Source: Syntrophaceae bacterium UBA2251 (GTDB taxonomy: Bacteria > Desulfobacterota > Syntrophia > Syntrophales > UBA2251). Taken from it: a stretch of 64,000 bases of DNA. The DNA lies in assembly GCA_002347815.1 (NCBI GenBank), contig DDXV01000003.1:25336-89335 (forward strand), given 5' to 3'. A model generated the notes under the pieces. The model was not told the DNA's origin and did not search any database. It saw nothing but the letters and a program-made list of their open reading frames with translations. Shown here in pieces: positions 1 to 10,675 of this stretch. The position numbers and the translations under genes are program-made. Each line of letters opens with the position of its first letter. The first letter of the stretch is position 1.

Positions 1-2
1 CG

Positions 3-88
3 GCGAGAGTGGCGGAACTGGCAGACGCACTGGACTTAGGATCCAGCCCGCATTGCGGATAGGGGTTCAAGTCCCCTCTCTCGCACCA
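3..88 (+). tRNA. tRNA-Leu (anticodon UAG)
   Basis: Cloverleaf read by eye. Acceptor GCGAGAG/CTCTCGC. Anticodon stem CTGGA/TCCAG with loop CTTAGGA. Long variable arm. T-arm AGGGG-TTCAAGT-CCCCT. Discriminator A and encoded CCA. Confidence 0.9.
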
Positions 89-141
89 GTCAACATCACG
101 GGCGCGGAGAACCTTTTAGCTCGATAAGGAGTCGAACAGTC

Positions 142-1470
142 GTGGAAGAACAGATACTGGATGTAAAAGTCGAGGAAATCACCTCTGTCAAGAAGAAGTT
201 TTCGTTTGTCATTCCTTGGGAGGATGTCAAGAAGGAGCTGGACCAGGTCTACCGTGGCGTTGGAAAGAAGGCCAAGATCAAGGGGTTCCGCCCCGGAAAA
301 GTACCGCGGCCGGTGCTCCAGACCCATTACAAGGAATACGCCGAAGGAGAAACGGTACAGAATCTGGTCAACCGCCACTATCGAGAAGCCATCGAGCGTG
401 AGCGCGTGACGCCGGTCAGCCAGCCGGAGGTTGACCCCAAGCCCATCGAGCCGGAACAGGCGCTCCTCTTCACCGCCACGGTCGAAGTCGAGCCGGTGGT
501 GGAGCCGCAAAACTATACGGGGCTTGAGCTCGAAAAGATCCAGACGGACGTCACCGATGCAGATCTGGAGGCCCGTCTGCTCCAGATCCGGGAGATGTAC
601 GGCACCCTCGAAGACATCGCCGAGGAACGGGAGCTCCAGGAAAAGGATTTCGCGACGATCGATTTCGCCGGCACTGTAGATGGTCAGGCCCTCGATGAAC
701 TCAAGTCCGAAAACTATTTTCTGGAGGTCGGGTCCCACACCTTCATACCCGGATTCGAGGAGCAGGTCGTCGGGATGAAGAAGGGCGAAACCCGGGACAT
801 TCAGGTTAAATTTCCGGATGACTATGCCCAGGCGCAGCTTGCGGGCAAGGATGTCCGGTTCAGCGTCAGCCTCAAGGGGATTCGTGAAAAGAAGCTCCCG
901 CCCCTCGATGAAGAGTTCGTCAAGAACTTTGAACAGTACGACTCGCTCGATGCCCTGAAGGCGGATGTCCGATCCTCCCTGGCAGGGGATCAGAAGGGAA
1001 GGGACGAGGCGGCGTTCCAGGACGTGATGGTGGACGCCCTGCTGAAGGAGAATCCGTTCGAAGTGCCGATGTCCCTGGTGGAGCGGCAGACGTTCTATCT
1101 GATGGCGGATATGCAGCGCCGGATGACGTGGGCCGGCATGGACAAGCAGCAGGCGGCGGAACTGAGCTTCAGCATGCATGAAAAACTGAAGGAGCAGGCG
1201 GAAAAAATCGTCAAGACGATGTTTCTGATGAGGGCCATCGCGGACAAGGAGGGGCTGACCGTCACCGAAGAGGATCTCGAAGCCCACCTTCGCGAGATGT
1301 CCGCCAAATTCGGAAAGGACGTCCCGTCCCTGCGGTCGAAACTGGAAGAAGAGGGCAGCCTGGAACAGGTTCGCATGGACCTCCTCCAGCGCAAGACGTT
1401 CCGGTTCGTCGAGGACAAGGCGACGGTGACGATCCGGGAAACCGCCGCGACGGAAGGGGAGGGCCGATAA
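142..1470 (+). CDS. tig: trigger factor (ribosome-associated peptidyl-prolyl isomerase)
   Basis: 442-aa ORF with a GTG start and AAGGAG upstream. The N-terminus (KVEEITSVKKKFSFVIPWEDV...GFRPGKVP) and FKBP-like middle are typical of Tig. Sits in the canonical tig-clpP-clpX-lon order. Confidence 0.95.
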   Translation: MEEQILDVKVEEITSVKKKFSFVIPWEDVKKELDQVYRGVGKKAKIKGFRPGKVPRPVLQTHYKEYAEGETVQNLVNRHYREAIERERVTPVSQPEVDPKPIEPEQALLFTATVEVEPVVEPQNYTGLELEKIQTDVTDADLEARLLQIREMYGTLEDIAEERELQEKDFATIDFAGTVDGQALDELKSENYFLEVGSHTFIPGFEEQVVGMKKGETRDIQVKFPDDYAQAQLAGKDVRFSVSLKGIREKKLPPLDEEFVKNFEQYDSLDALKADVRSSLAGDQKGRDEAAFQDVMVDALLKENPFEVPMSLVERQTFYLMADMQRRMTWAGMDKQQAAELSFSMHEKLKEQAEKIVKTMFLMRAIADKEGLTVTEEDLEAHLREMSAKFGKDVPSLRSKLEEEGSLEQVRMDLLQRKTFRFVEDKATVTIRETAATEGEGR

Positions 1471-2055
1471 ATGCCGCTCATTCCCATGGTGATCGAGCAG
1501 GATGGCCGCGGAGAGAGGGCGTTCGACATTTATTCGCGCCTGCTCAAGGACCGAATCATTTTCCTGGGAACCGCGATCGACGATGACGTCGCCAATCTGA
1601 TCATCGCGCAGCTCCTGTATCTTGAATCGGAAGATCCGGACAAGGAAATCTTCTTTTACCTGAATTCCCCCGGCGGACATGTCAGTTCCGGGCTGGCCAT
1701 CTACGATACGATGCAATACATCAAACCGACGGTGTGCACCGTCTGCATGGGGCAGGCGGCCAGCATGGCCGCTCTGCTGCTGGCGGCCGGACAGAGGGGC
1801 AAACGGTATGCCCTGCCGCACACCCGGATCCTGATTCACCAGCCCCTCGGCGGCTTTCAGGGCCAGGCCACGGACATCGATATCCAGGCCCGGGAAATCC
1901 TGCGCCTGAAGGACGAGCTCAATAATATCCTCGCTTCCGTCACCGGACAGGAGTTGAGCAAGATCATGATGGATACGGAGCGGGACTATTTCATGACGCC
2001 GGAACAGGCTAAACATTACGGCATCATCGACGAGATCATCGCCAAAAGGGCTTAA
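1471..2055 (+). CDS. clpP: ATP-dependent Clp protease proteolytic subunit
   Basis: 194-aa ORF with ClpP hallmarks ([25 protein letters not shown] with the catalytic Ser, ILIHQPLGG). Confidence 0.97.
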   Translation: MPLIPMVIEQDGRGERAFDIYSRLLKDRIIFLGTAIDDDVANLIIAQLLYLESEDPDKEIFFYLNSPGGHVSSGLAIYDTMQYIKPTVCTVCMGQAASMAALLLAAGQRGKRYALPHTRILIHQPLGGFQGQATDIDIQAREILRLKDELNNILASVTGQELSKIMMDTERDYFMTPEQAKHYGIIDEIIAKRA

Positions 2056-2082
2056 ACCGCAAGGAACCGTGAGGTTGGATCC

Positions 2083-3345
2083 ATGACGAAAAAGGGGAGA
2101 ACACAGCAGGAGGGACAGGGCATGCTGTACTGTTCGTTTTGCGGAAAGAACCAGAACGAGGTCAAAAAGCTGGTCGCGGGCCCGTCGGCGTATATCTGCG
2201 ATGAATGCATCGAGTTGTGCAAGTGCATCGTGGACGAGGACACGTCCCCGGCGGCGGTGGAACATGCCGGCCAGGGAATTCCCGAGCCTGCGGATATCAA
2301 GCGATTTCTCGATCAGTATGTCATCGGGCAGGATCGAACGAAGAAGGTCCTCTCCGTCGCCGTCTACAATCATTACCGGCGCCTGTTCACCGATGTGGAT
2401 ATGGAGGGGGTCGAGATCGAAAAGAGCAATGTCCTGCTCATCGGCCCGACGGGGTCCGGAAAGACCCTGCTCGCCAAGACGCTCGCCAGAATCTTGAACG
2501 TCCCCTTCACCATCGCCGATGCGACGACGTTGACCGAGGCCGGATACGTCGGTGAGGACGTCGAGAACATCATTCTGAGCCTCCTGCAGAACGCGGATTA
2601 CGACGTGGCGCGCGCGTCCAAGGGGATCGTCTATATCGACGAAATCGACAAGATCGCCAAGAAGACCGGCAATCCGTCCATCACGCGCGACGTTTCGGGT
2701 GAAGGCGTGCAGCAGGCGCTCCTGAAAATCATCGAAGGGACCATGGCCAACATCCCGCCGAAGGGCGGGCGCAAGCATCCCCAGCAGGAGTTCATCCAGG
2801 TCGATACCAGCAACATCCTGTTTATCTGCGGCGGGGCGTTCAACAGCCTCGAAGATATCATCGCCAAGCGAACCGGCGTGAACACCCTGGGGTTCGGGGC
2901 GGATATCCGGAGCAAGAAATCGCAGAGTATCGGCGAACTGCTGACGGACGTTCAACCGGAAGATCTTCTGAAGTACGGCCTGATCCCGGAATTCATCGGT
3001 CGCCTTCCAGTCGTTGCGACGCTCAACGAACTGAAGGAGGAGGATCTGGTCCGGATCCTGGTCGAACCGAAGGATGCGATCATCCGTCAGTACCAGAAGA
3101 TGTTCGAGATGGAAAAGGTCAAACTCAAGTTCACCGACGGGGCGTTGCGGGCCATCGCCAGCCTTTCGGCCGGCCGGAAATCGGGCGCGCGGGGATTGCG
3201 GGCCGTCATCGAAAACACCATGCTGGACATCATGTATGACATCCCCTCCCGCCTGGACGTCCGTGAATGTGTGATTAACGAGGATGTGGTGCTGAGCGGC
3301 GCTCAGCCCATCCTGTTGTTTGAAAACAAATCGGAATCCGCCTGA
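2083..3345 (+). CDS. clpX: ATP-dependent Clp protease ATP-binding subunit ClpX
   Basis: 420 aa. N-terminal zinc-binding CSFCGK...CDEC. Walker A GPTGSGKT. Walker B VYIDEIDK. Confidence 0.97.
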   Translation: MTKKGRTQQEGQGMLYCSFCGKNQNEVKKLVAGPSAYICDECIELCKCIVDEDTSPAAVEHAGQGIPEPADIKRFLDQYVIGQDRTKKVLSVAVYNHYRRLFTDVDMEGVEIEKSNVLLIGPTGSGKTLLAKTLARILNVPFTIADATTLTEAGYVGEDVENIILSLLQNADYDVARASKGIVYIDEIDKIAKKTGNPSITRDVSGEGVQQALLKIIEGTMANIPPKGGRKHPQQEFIQVDTSNILFICGGAFNSLEDIIAKRTGVNTLGFGADIRSKKSQSIGELLTDVQPEDLLKYGLIPEFIGRLPVVATLNELKEEDLVRILVEPKDAIIRQYQKMFEMEKVKLKFTDGALRAIASLSAGRKSGARGLRAVIENTMLDIMYDIPSRLDVRECVINEDVVLSGAQPILLFENKSESA

Positions 3346-3381
3346 ACGCCGATCCAACCCTGAACGGATGAATAAACGCGC

Positions 3382-5874
3382 ATGAGTGATTTGATGACAC
3401 ATCGGGAAGACGGTTCCCTGCTGAAGGTCCCGCTCCTTCCCCTGCGGGACGTGGTCGTTTTCCCCCATATGATCGTGCCGCTCTTCGTCGGGCGCGAAAA
3501 GTCGATCGCCGCCCTGGAATCCGCCATGAAACTCGAGAAGGGGATCTTCATGGTGGCCCAGAAGAACGCCCAGAAGGATGAACCGACCGAGAACGACATC
3601 TATCGGGTCGGCACCCTGGGCATCATCATCCAACTCCTCAGACTTCCCGACGGCACCGTCAAGGTGCTGGTCGAAGGCAAGCAGCGCGCCGGCGTCCGCG
3701 AATATCTGCCTTCCGATGACTTTTTCTTCGTGGCCGTGGAGGAGATCCCTGACGTCGACGATCCCAACAGCGTCCGGGCGGAGGCCCTCATTCGCAGCAT
3801 CCGGGAGGCGTTCGAGACTTACGCGAAGCTCAGCAAGAAGATCCATATGGAGATCATCGGGACGATCGCCTCCATCGACGAGCCGTCCAAACTCGCGGAT
3901 ATCGTGGTTTCCCATCTCAACGTCAAGCTGGAAGACAAGCAGAAGATTCTCGAGATATTCAACATTACCGACCGTCTGGAGACCATTTACGAAATGATGC
4001 TGGCAGAGATCGAGATCCTCGAGGTCGAGGAGAAGATCAAGCGACGCGTCAAGAAACAAATGGAGAAGACCCAGAAGGATTACTATCTGAACGAACAGAT
4101 GCGCGCCATCCAGAAGGAAATGGGCGAGAAGGACGACTTCAAGAACGAGATCGCGGATCTCGAAAAGAAGCTCAAGCAGAAGAAGCTCTCCGAGGAGGCT
4201 CACAAAAAGGTCAAGTCGGAGTTGAAGAAACTCCAGATGATGGCCCCGATGTCCGCCGAGGCGACCGTTGTCCGAAACTACGTCGACTGGCTGCTCGACC
4301 TGCCCTGGGGCGAAAAGACGGAGAATCGCTACACGCTCAGGGAATCCGAAGCGATCCTCGAAGAGGACCATTACGGCCTCAAGAAGGTCAAGGAGCGGAT
4401 CCTGGAGTATCTCGCGGTGCAGACGCTCGTCCAGAAGAACAAGGGGTCGATCCTGTGTCTCGTGGGTCCCCCCGGCGTCGGGAAGACGTCGATCGCCAAA
4501 TCCGTCGCGCGCGCGACCAACCGCAAGTTCGTCCGGTTTTCCCTGGGAGGCGTCCGAGACGAGGCCGAAATCCGCGGCCACCGCCGAACGTACATCGGGG
4601 CTTTGCCCGGGAAGATCATTCAACTCATGAAGAAGGCGGGGTCGAGCAATCCGGTGCTCTGTCTCGACGAGGTCGACAAGCTCAGCTCCGATTTTCGCGG
4701 GGACCCCTCGTCGGCCCTGCTCGAGGTTCTCGACCCCGAGCAGAACAATGCCTTCAACGACAACTATCTCGAGGTGGATTACGACCTTTCGGACGTCATG
4801 TTCATCACGACGGCCAATGTCCTGCAGAGCATCCCGCCCCCGCTTCAGGACCGGATGGAAGTCATCCGTCTGGCCGGCTACACCGAAATGGAAAAGCTGC
4901 GGATCGCCAAGAAATTCCTCATCGCCAAGGAACGGGAGGCGAACGGCCTGCGCGAGAATCAGATCGCCTTTTCCGACGGCGCCCTGCTCACGATCATCCG
5001 CAAGTACACCCGCGAGGCGGGCGTCCGGAATCTGGAGCGCGAGATCGCTTCGATCTGCCGCAAGGTGGCCCGCGAAATCGTCACGGACGGGAACACGAAG
5101 AAGCTTTCCATCACCTCGAAGTCGCTCGACAAATATCTCGGGATCCCGCAGTACCGGCATGGGGAAACGGAAGGCCAGGACCGCGTCGGGACGACCGTCG
5201 GTCTCGCCTGGACCGAGGTCGGCGGCGAACTCCTGATCATCGAGGCCACCACGCTGCGCGGCTCGGGCAAGATCACCATGACGGGCAAACTGGGGGATGT
5301 CATGCAGGAGTCGGTTCAGGCCGCCCTGACCTACGTGCGCTCGCGTTCGGACCAGTTTCATCTCGACGAAAATTTTTACAAGGAAACGGACGTTCACGTC
5401 CACGTTCCGGAGGGTGCGATTCCGAAAGACGGTCCTTCGGCCGGTGTGGCGATGGTGACATCCATCGCCTCGGCGTTCACCAAGCAGAAGGTCCGCGGGG
5501 ATTTGGCCATGACGGGGGAGATCACCCTGCGCGGCCGCGTCCTGCCCATCGGCGGGCTGAAGGAGAAACTGCTGGCGGCGCATCGCGGAAACATCAAGAC
5601 CGTCCTGATCCCGAAGGACAACGAGAAGGATCTGGCCGATGTGCCTCCCAATATCCTGAAGGCGCTGCATGTCGTCCTGGTGGAGCATATCGACGATGTG
5701 CTCGCCAGCGCCCTTATGCCCGAGGCGGAGCCAACCGGCGGCGCGAGTCACGACGTCCGGATCGTCCCCGGGACCCGCGGCGAGCGTCCGGCCGCTGTCT
5801 TGGCCCCCGTTTCCCCGGAGACAGCCTTGTCGTGCAGGCAATTATCTCTTGACAGGACGCGGGTTTACTGTTAG
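3382..5874 (+). CDS. lon: Lon protease (LonA)
   Basis: 830 aa. LON N-domain. Walker [10 protein letters not shown]. Proteolytic site [10 protein letters not shown]. The ORF runs about 45 aa past the usual conserved C-terminus into the tRNA promoter region. Confidence 0.96.
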   Translation: MSDLMTHREDGSLLKVPLLPLRDVVVFPHMIVPLFVGREKSIAALESAMKLEKGIFMVAQKNAQKDEPTENDIYRVGTLGIIIQLLRLPDGTVKVLVEGKQRAGVREYLPSDDFFFVAVEEIPDVDDPNSVRAEALIRSIREAFETYAKLSKKIHMEIIGTIASIDEPSKLADIVVSHLNVKLEDKQKILEIFNITDRLETIYEMMLAEIEILEVEEKIKRRVKKQMEKTQKDYYLNEQMRAIQKEMGEKDDFKNEIADLEKKLKQKKLSEEAHKKVKSELKKLQMMAPMSAEATVVRNYVDWLLDLPWGEKTENRYTLRESEAILEEDHYGLKKVKERILEYLAVQTLVQKNKGSILCLVGPPGVGKTSIAKSVARATNRKFVRFSLGGVRDEAEIRGHRRTYIGALPGKIIQLMKKAGSSNPVLCLDEVDKLSSDFRGDPSSALLEVLDPEQNNAFNDNYLEVDYDLSDVMFITTANVLQSIPPPLQDRMEVIRLAGYTEMEKLRIAKKFLIAKEREANGLRENQIAFSDGALLTIIRKYTREAGVRNLEREIASICRKVAREIVTDGNTKKLSITSKSLDKYLGIPQYRHGETEGQDRVGTTVGLAWTEVGGELLIIEATTLRGSGKITMTGKLGDVMQESVQAALTYVRSRSDQFHLDENFYKETDVHVHVPEGAIPKDGPSAGVAMVTSIASAFTKQKVRGDLAMTGEITLRGRVLPIGGLKEKLLAAHRGNIKTVLIPKDNEKDLADVPPNILKALHVVLVEHIDDVLASALMPEAEPTGGASHDVRIVPGTRGERPAAVLAPVSPETALSCRQLSLDRTRVYC

Positions 5875-5877
5875 GTA
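5849..5877 (+). promoter_or_regulatory. candidate sigma70-type promoter for the tRNA-Val/tRNA-Asp unit
   Basis: TTGACA (5849-5854), 17-nt spacer, TAGGTA (5872-5877), about 30 nt upstream of tRNA-Val. Lies in the last codons of lon. Confidence 0.4.
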
Positions 5878-5907
5878 GCGCTGCCACCGAGGAGAGGATG
5901 CCGCCGG

Positions 5908-5983
5908 GGGCGGGTAGCTCAGCTGGGAGAGCGCCACGCTTACACCGTGGATGTCGCAGGTTCGAGTCCTGTTCCGCCTACCA
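5908..5983 (+). tRNA. tRNA-Val (anticodon UAC)
   Basis: 76 nt. D-arm GCTC-AGCTGGGA-GAGC. Anticodon stem CCACG/CGTGG with loop CTTACAC. T-loop TTCGAGT. Encoded CCA. Confidence 0.9.
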
Positions 5984-6071
5984 AGCCCGTCACAAAGGCA
6001 TTGATTTTACCCGTCGGGATGTGGTAATTGAACGTCAACAAGAGGTGAGCGCGGTCTTTAAATGCAAAAAC

Positions 6072-6148
6072 GGGGTCGTAGTTAAGCTGGTTATAACGCC
6101 GGCCTGTCACGCCGGAGGGCGAGGGTTCGAGTCCCTTCGGCCCCGCCA
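6072..6148 (+). tRNA. tRNA-Asp (anticodon GUC)
   Basis: 77 nt. Acceptor GGGGTCG/CGGCCCC. Anticodon stem CCGGC/GCCGG with loop CTGTCAC. T-arm GAGGG-TTCGAGT-CCCTT. Discriminator G and CCA. Confidence 0.9.
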
Positions 6149-6156
6149 AGAAGAAC

Positions 6157-6191
6157 GAGGGGTTGGCCAAAATGGCAACCCCTCTTTTTTT
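6157..6191 (+). terminator. rho-independent terminator after the tRNA pair
   Basis: 9-bp stem GAGGGGTTG/CAACCCCTC with a 10-nt loop, followed by a T7 tract. Confidence 0.75.
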
Positions 6192-6253
6192 GGGGTCATG
6201 CGCGCTTTTCCGCCCTCATCATTCGGACGAAACACCTTGAGTGAGCGTTTGCC

Positions 6254-7126
6254 ATGAAGTACGAAGGATTGATCATCCGCCCTCCCAGCGAGGCCTACAG
6301 TCTGCTTCTGCAGGTCACGACGGGATGCTCGCACAACAAATGCACCTTCTGCCCGACCTATCGGGCCAAGAAGTTCCGCATCAAGTCCCGGGAGGAAATC
6401 CTCGAAGATCTTGCGGAGGCCTCGCACTACCGGCGGGTAAGGCGCGTTTTCCTCTGCGACGGGGACGCGCTGATCATTCCGCAGCCCCGCTTGCTCGATA
6501 TTCTGGCGTCGATCCGCCGGTCCCTGCCGGGAATCGAACGCGTGGGAAGCTATGCCAACGCCAAGAGCATCCTCCGCAAGACGCCGGAAGATCTCCGGGA
6601 CCTGAAAGCGGCCGGACTGAAGATGGTTTATCTCGGCGTGGAGACGGGAAGCGCCGCCCTGCTCGAAAAGATCCGCAAGGGGGTCGGCGTGGAGCAGATG
6701 GTCGACGCGGGCAGACGGATCAAGGATGCGGGCATTCTCCTGTCAGTCACGGTCCTGCTGGGAATCGGGGGAAGAACGCACAGCATCGAGCATGCAACGG
6801 AAACGGCGAAAATCCTCACCCGGATCGATCCGGATTTCACCGGAGCGCTCACCGTCATGGTGGTTCCGGGAACCCCGCTTTACGAGGACCAGCAGGCAGG
6901 TCGATTCCAGCTTCCGGACACCTTCGGCTTTCTGACCGAACTCGGAACGATGATTGCCCAGTCCCAGTTCACGGACTGTTTCTTCACCTCGAATCATGCC
7001 TCCAATTACCTTCCGATCCGGGCTCGCCTGCCGCAAGAGAAGGAAGACACGGTGCGCATGATTCAGGAGGTCATCCGGCGGGGAGACCGGGGTCTGTTGA
7101 GGCCGGAATCACTCCGCGCCCTTTAA
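6254..7126 (+). CDS. radical SAM protein, function unknown
   Basis: 290 aa with a CxxxCxxC cluster (CSHNKCTFC) near the N-terminus and a TIM-barrel-like remainder (GDALI, YLGVETGS). Confidence 0.8.
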   Translation: MKYEGLIIRPPSEAYSLLLQVTTGCSHNKCTFCPTYRAKKFRIKSREEILEDLAEASHYRRVRRVFLCDGDALIIPQPRLLDILASIRRSLPGIERVGSYANAKSILRKTPEDLRDLKAAGLKMVYLGVETGSAALLEKIRKGVGVEQMVDAGRRIKDAGILLSVTVLLGIGGRTHSIEHATETAKILTRIDPDFTGALTVMVVPGTPLYEDQQAGRFQLPDTFGFLTELGTMIAQSQFTDCFFTSNHASNYLPIRARLPQEKEDTVRMIQEVIRRGDRGLLRPESLRAL

Positions 7127-7144
7127 ACCTTCAAACCGGGGAGG

Positions 7145-7972
7145 TTGGTCATCTTCGTTCAGAAGCTCATCGCCTTTTTTCGGGAGATCGCGCCCACCAA
7201 GGACCAGGGCCGCCTCGAAAAGGAACTTCAGTCGATCATCGCCAGCGGCGAGGAAGAGGGCCTGCTCGATCCCCAATCCGGGGAAATGATCCAGAGCATC
7301 CTCGACTTTCGAGAAACCCTCGTCCGTGAAATCATGATCCCGCGCACGGAGATCGTCGCCTTCAGCACCACCGCCTCCATTGGCGAGATGCTGGCGCTGG
7401 TCCAGAAGCACGGGCATACACGCATGCCCGTCTATAAAGGCAGTATCGACGACATCGTGGGGATCATCAACGTAAAGGATCTCCTCAAGTTCTGGTCACG
7501 GGATGTGACGGAGGACGATGTGCTTTCGATCTTGAGGAAGCCCTACTATATTCCCGAGACGAAAAACACCCATCAACTGCTGCACGAGCTCAAGCAGAAC
7601 AAATACCATCTGGCGATCGTGATCGACGAATATGGCGGGACCTCCGGTCTGCTGACGCTCGAAGACCTGATCGAGGAGATCGTGGGGGAAATCCATGACG
7701 AGCACGATCAAACGGGAGACGAGCTGATCGAACTTTCGGACGGAACCGTGCTTGCCAACGCCCGCCTCGAGATCGAGGCGCTCGAGGCCCATTACGGTCT
7801 TACGTTCGACGACGGGAAATACGAGACCCTGGGCGGGCTCATCCTCCATGTCCTCAAGAGAATCCCCATCCCCGGCGAGATCGTTCGTATCGGGCCCCTG
7901 GAGATGAAGATCGAGGCCGCCGATGAGCGCAGCATCAAAAAGGTCCGCATCCGAAAAAGTGAAAATCGATAA
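7145..7972 (+). CDS. corC: CBS-pair / CorC_HlyC domain protein (CorC/YbeX-like Mg/Co efflux-associated)
   Basis: 275 aa. Contains [11 protein letters not shown], an [12 protein letters not shown] pair, [27 protein letters not shown] and a C-terminal transporter-associated domain. Adjacent to lnt as in ybeX-lnt. Start (TTG) is uncertain. Confidence 0.85.
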   Translation: MVIFVQKLIAFFREIAPTKDQGRLEKELQSIIASGEEEGLLDPQSGEMIQSILDFRETLVREIMIPRTEIVAFSTTASIGEMLALVQKHGHTRMPVYKGSIDDIVGIINVKDLLKFWSRDVTEDDVLSILRKPYYIPETKNTHQLLHELKQNKYHLAIVIDEYGGTSGLLTLEDLIEEIVGEIHDEHDQTGDELIELSDGTVLANARLEIEALEAHYGLTFDDGKYETLGGLILHVLKRIPIPGEIVRIGPLEMKIEAADERSIKKVRIRKSENR

Positions 7973-9521
7973 CGCCGTCCCCCGCGCCGCGAGCGCCTTC
8001 AATCCGGGTCCGCTTTTCGGCGCCGTCCTGACGGGCGTCCTGCTTTTCCTTTCCTTTCCGAAGTTCGGATGCGGGGCCATCGCCTGGGTTGCATGGGTTC
8101 CTCTTCTCATCGCCCTCCGCGGGAAGGGCGTCCGCGAGGCGATGATTCTCGGATTCTCTGCCGGCCTCGTCTTTCACGTCGGCATTCTTTACTGGATCAC
8201 CTATGTCGTCGTCAAATACGGCTCGCTTTCGCTGATCCTGGGCGTGGCGGCCATGCTTCTCCTCTGCGCTTACCTGAGCCTCTACACAGCCGTCTTTGCC
8301 GCAGGATGCGTTCTTTTCCGCAACTGCGCCCCGTTGCTCGCGGCGCCCCTTCTCTGGACAGGGCTCGAATTCATCCGGGGATGGATCTTCACCGGTTTCC
8401 CCTGGGAGACGCTCGCCTATTCCCAGTATCGCTATCTCCCCCTGATTCAGATCGCCGACGTCACCGGACCCGCCGGTCTGTCGTTCCTGATCGTCGCTGT
8501 AAATACGCTTCTGTTTCAAGCCCTGATCACGAAACGGGCGTCGATGCGCTTCGGATCCATCGCCGCGATCGCCGTCGTTTTTTTACTGCTTTCTGGATAC
8601 GGTATTTGGCGTCTGGACGATGTTCGAGAGGGGATGGCAAAATCCGCCTCCATCCCCGTCAGCCTCATCCAGGGGAACATCGACCAGAATCTCAAATGGA
8701 ATCCGCGCTATCAGAGGGATACGGTCGACGCCTATCTGTCCCAATCCGCGCGATATCTCCCGCCCCCCGGCGGCGTGATCGTCTGGCCGGAGACGGCCGT
8801 TCCTTTCTACTTCCAGGACGACGGCCCTCTTCAGCGACGCATTCTGGCCTTCGCACGCGATCACCGCGTCTGGATCGTTCTGGGCAGCCCGACCTATGCC
8901 GACCGGGCCGTCGGAACGAATTTCGCCAACAGTGCGTTCCTCGTCGACCCTGACGGGCGGATCGCCGGCCGGTACGACAAGGTCCATCTCGTTCCCTACG
9001 GCGAGTATGTGCCGCTGCGCCGCTATTTCCCCTTTATCAGCAAACTGGCAGTCGGCGTGGGGGATTTCCGCCCCGGCCGGGGCTATTTCCCCCTTTCCCT
9101 GAACGGCCATTGTCTCGGGATCTTGATCTGTTATGAAGGTATTTTCCCCGCCGCGGGAACGGACTACAAGCGCCGCGGCGCGGAAATGCTTGTCAACATC
9201 ACCAACGACGCCTGGTTCGGACCGACCTCGGCCCCCTATCAGCATCTGTCCATGACGGTTTTCCGCGCCGTCGAAACGCGCACGTATCTCTGCCGGGCCG
9301 CCAATACCGGGATCAGCGCCTTCATCTCCCCCACAGGCGAGATCACGAAGAAAACGGGGCTCTTCCTGCGGAGCGGTCTTGCCGGCGAGGTCCGGCTCCT
9401 CGCGAAGAAGACAATTTATTCGACATATGGCGACTTTTTCGCGTATAGTAGCATCGTCGTGCTCCTGGGCATGACCATCGTAGCCTGGATGAGGAGGAAA
9501 CATGAGCGAGACCGCATTTAA
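7923..9521 (+). CDS. lnt: apolipoprotein N-acyltransferase
   Basis: Multi-TM N-terminal half, then a nitrilase-like CN-hydrolase domain (VIVWPETA, ICYEGIFP catalytic Cys). The true start may be the GTG at 7959. The 3' end overlaps the prfB start. Confidence 0.9.
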   Translation: MSAASKRSASEKVKIDNAVPRAASAFNPGPLFGAVLTGVLLFLSFPKFGCGAIAWVAWVPLLIALRGKGVREAMILGFSAGLVFHVGILYWITYVVVKYGSLSLILGVAAMLLLCAYLSLYTAVFAAGCVLFRNCAPLLAAPLLWTGLEFIRGWIFTGFPWETLAYSQYRYLPLIQIADVTGPAGLSFLIVAVNTLLFQALITKRASMRFGSIAAIAVVFLLLSGYGIWRLDDVREGMAKSASIPVSLIQGNIDQNLKWNPRYQRDTVDAYLSQSARYLPPPGGVIVWPETAVPFYFQDDGPLQRRILAFARDHRVWIVLGSPTYADRAVGTNFANSAFLVDPDGRIAGRYDKVHLVPYGEYVPLRRYFPFISKLAVGVGDFRPGRGYFPLSLNGHCLGILICYEGIFPAAGTDYKRRGAEMLVNITNDAWFGPTSAPYQHLSMTVFRAVETRTYLCRAANTGISAFISPTGEITKKTGLFLRSGLAGEVRLLAKKTIYSTYGDFFAYSSIVVLLGMTIVAWMRRKHERDRI

Positions 9522-10588
9522 GCTGGAAGGCTTGAGGGACAAAATCACGCGCATCGGAGAGTGTCTTTGACGTCCCCGCCCTGAACCTCCGCCGCCAGGA
9601 ACTGGAGCTGGCGTCCCAAAAGGCCGATTTCTGGAACGACCCGGAAAAAGCCCGCGAAATCCTCAAAGAGAAAACCGCCCTCGACGATACCGTCGAGCGC
9701 TGGCATCGTCAGCAGCGTACGCTCGACGAACTCGCCGATCTGAACGCGTTGGCCCAAACGGAACAGGACGCCGCCGTCCTTTCCGAAATCGACGCCGAAC
9801 TTAACCGCCTGGATAATGACGTTCGTCAGGACGAACTGAAGCGAATGCTGGGCAACGAGGAAGACGCCCTGAACGCCATCGTCTCCATTCACGCGGGCGC
9901 GGGGGGGACGGAAGCCCAGGACTGGGCGGAAATGCTTCTGCGGATGTACCTCCGCTGGGCGGAGAAACGCAAATTCACCCCCACCGTGATCGACAGTCTT
10001 CCCGGTGACGAAGCGGGGATCAAGAGCGTAACCTTCACGCTGGAGGGGGCGTATGCGTACGGGTACGCCAAGGCCGAAAACGGCATTCACCGGCTGGTGC
10101 GGATTTCCCCGTTTGACGCCGGGGCGCGCAGGCATACCTCTTTCGCATCGGTTTTCGTCTATCCCGAGATCGACGATCAGATCGTCATCGATATCGACGA
10201 AAAAGACCTGCGGATCGATACGTACCGTTCGACGGGGGCAGGGGGACAGCACGTGAACAAGACGGATTCGGCGGTGCGGATCACGCATCTGCCGACGGGC
10301 ATCGTCGTCCAGTGCCAGAACGAACGCTCTCAGCACAAAAACCGGTCCATGGCCATGAAATATTTAAAATCGCGTCTTTATGAACTCAAAATCAAGGAGC
10401 GGAATGAAAAACAGGATGCCGTCAACAAAAGCAAGAAGGATATTGCGTGGGGAAGCCAGATCCGCTCGTATGTCCTTCATCCCTATCGGATGGTCAAGGA
10501 CCATCGGACGAATCTGGAAGTGGGCAACGTGAATCGCGTGCTGGACGGAGATATCGATGACTTTATCGAGGCCTATCTGCTGGGATAA
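9502..10588 (+). CDS. prfB: peptide chain release factor 2, requiring a programmed +1 frameshift at 9568
   Basis: Frame 0 runs ATG 9502 ... TGT CTT TGA (stop 9568-9570). After skipping T9568, the +1 frame from 9569 reads DVPALNLRRQELE... and joins the 9749-10588 ORF. That ORF carries the SPF (RISPFD) and GGQ (GAGGQHVN) motifs. Confidence 0.93.
9556..9571 (+). promoter_or_regulatory. prfB autoregulatory +1 frameshift site
   Basis: SD-like GGAGAG, then TGT CTT TGA C. This is the same CTT TGA C slippery/stop context as E. coli prfB. Confidence 0.85.
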
Positions 10589-10675
10589 AAATGGCGACAA
10601 GGCCGTTGAAGTGTGCTATGGACGGGCAAAAGCCGTTTTTGACCCGACATTTTACGAGGGGCAAAGCGTTCGCCG

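Noticed and set aside
67-5841. 1924-aa ORF on the minus strand spanning tig, clpP, clpX and lon
   Set aside because: It is antisense to four unmistakable housekeeping genes. The translation is low-complexity and rich in Arg, Gly, Leu, Asp and Val, as expected for stop-poor antisense frames in GC-rich DNA. No recognisable domains.
5898-6257. ORFs of 119 aa (+) and 76 aa (-) across the tRNA-Val/tRNA-Asp region
   Set aside because: They are built from the tRNA sequences and the terminator. The tRNA cloverleaves explain the region fully.
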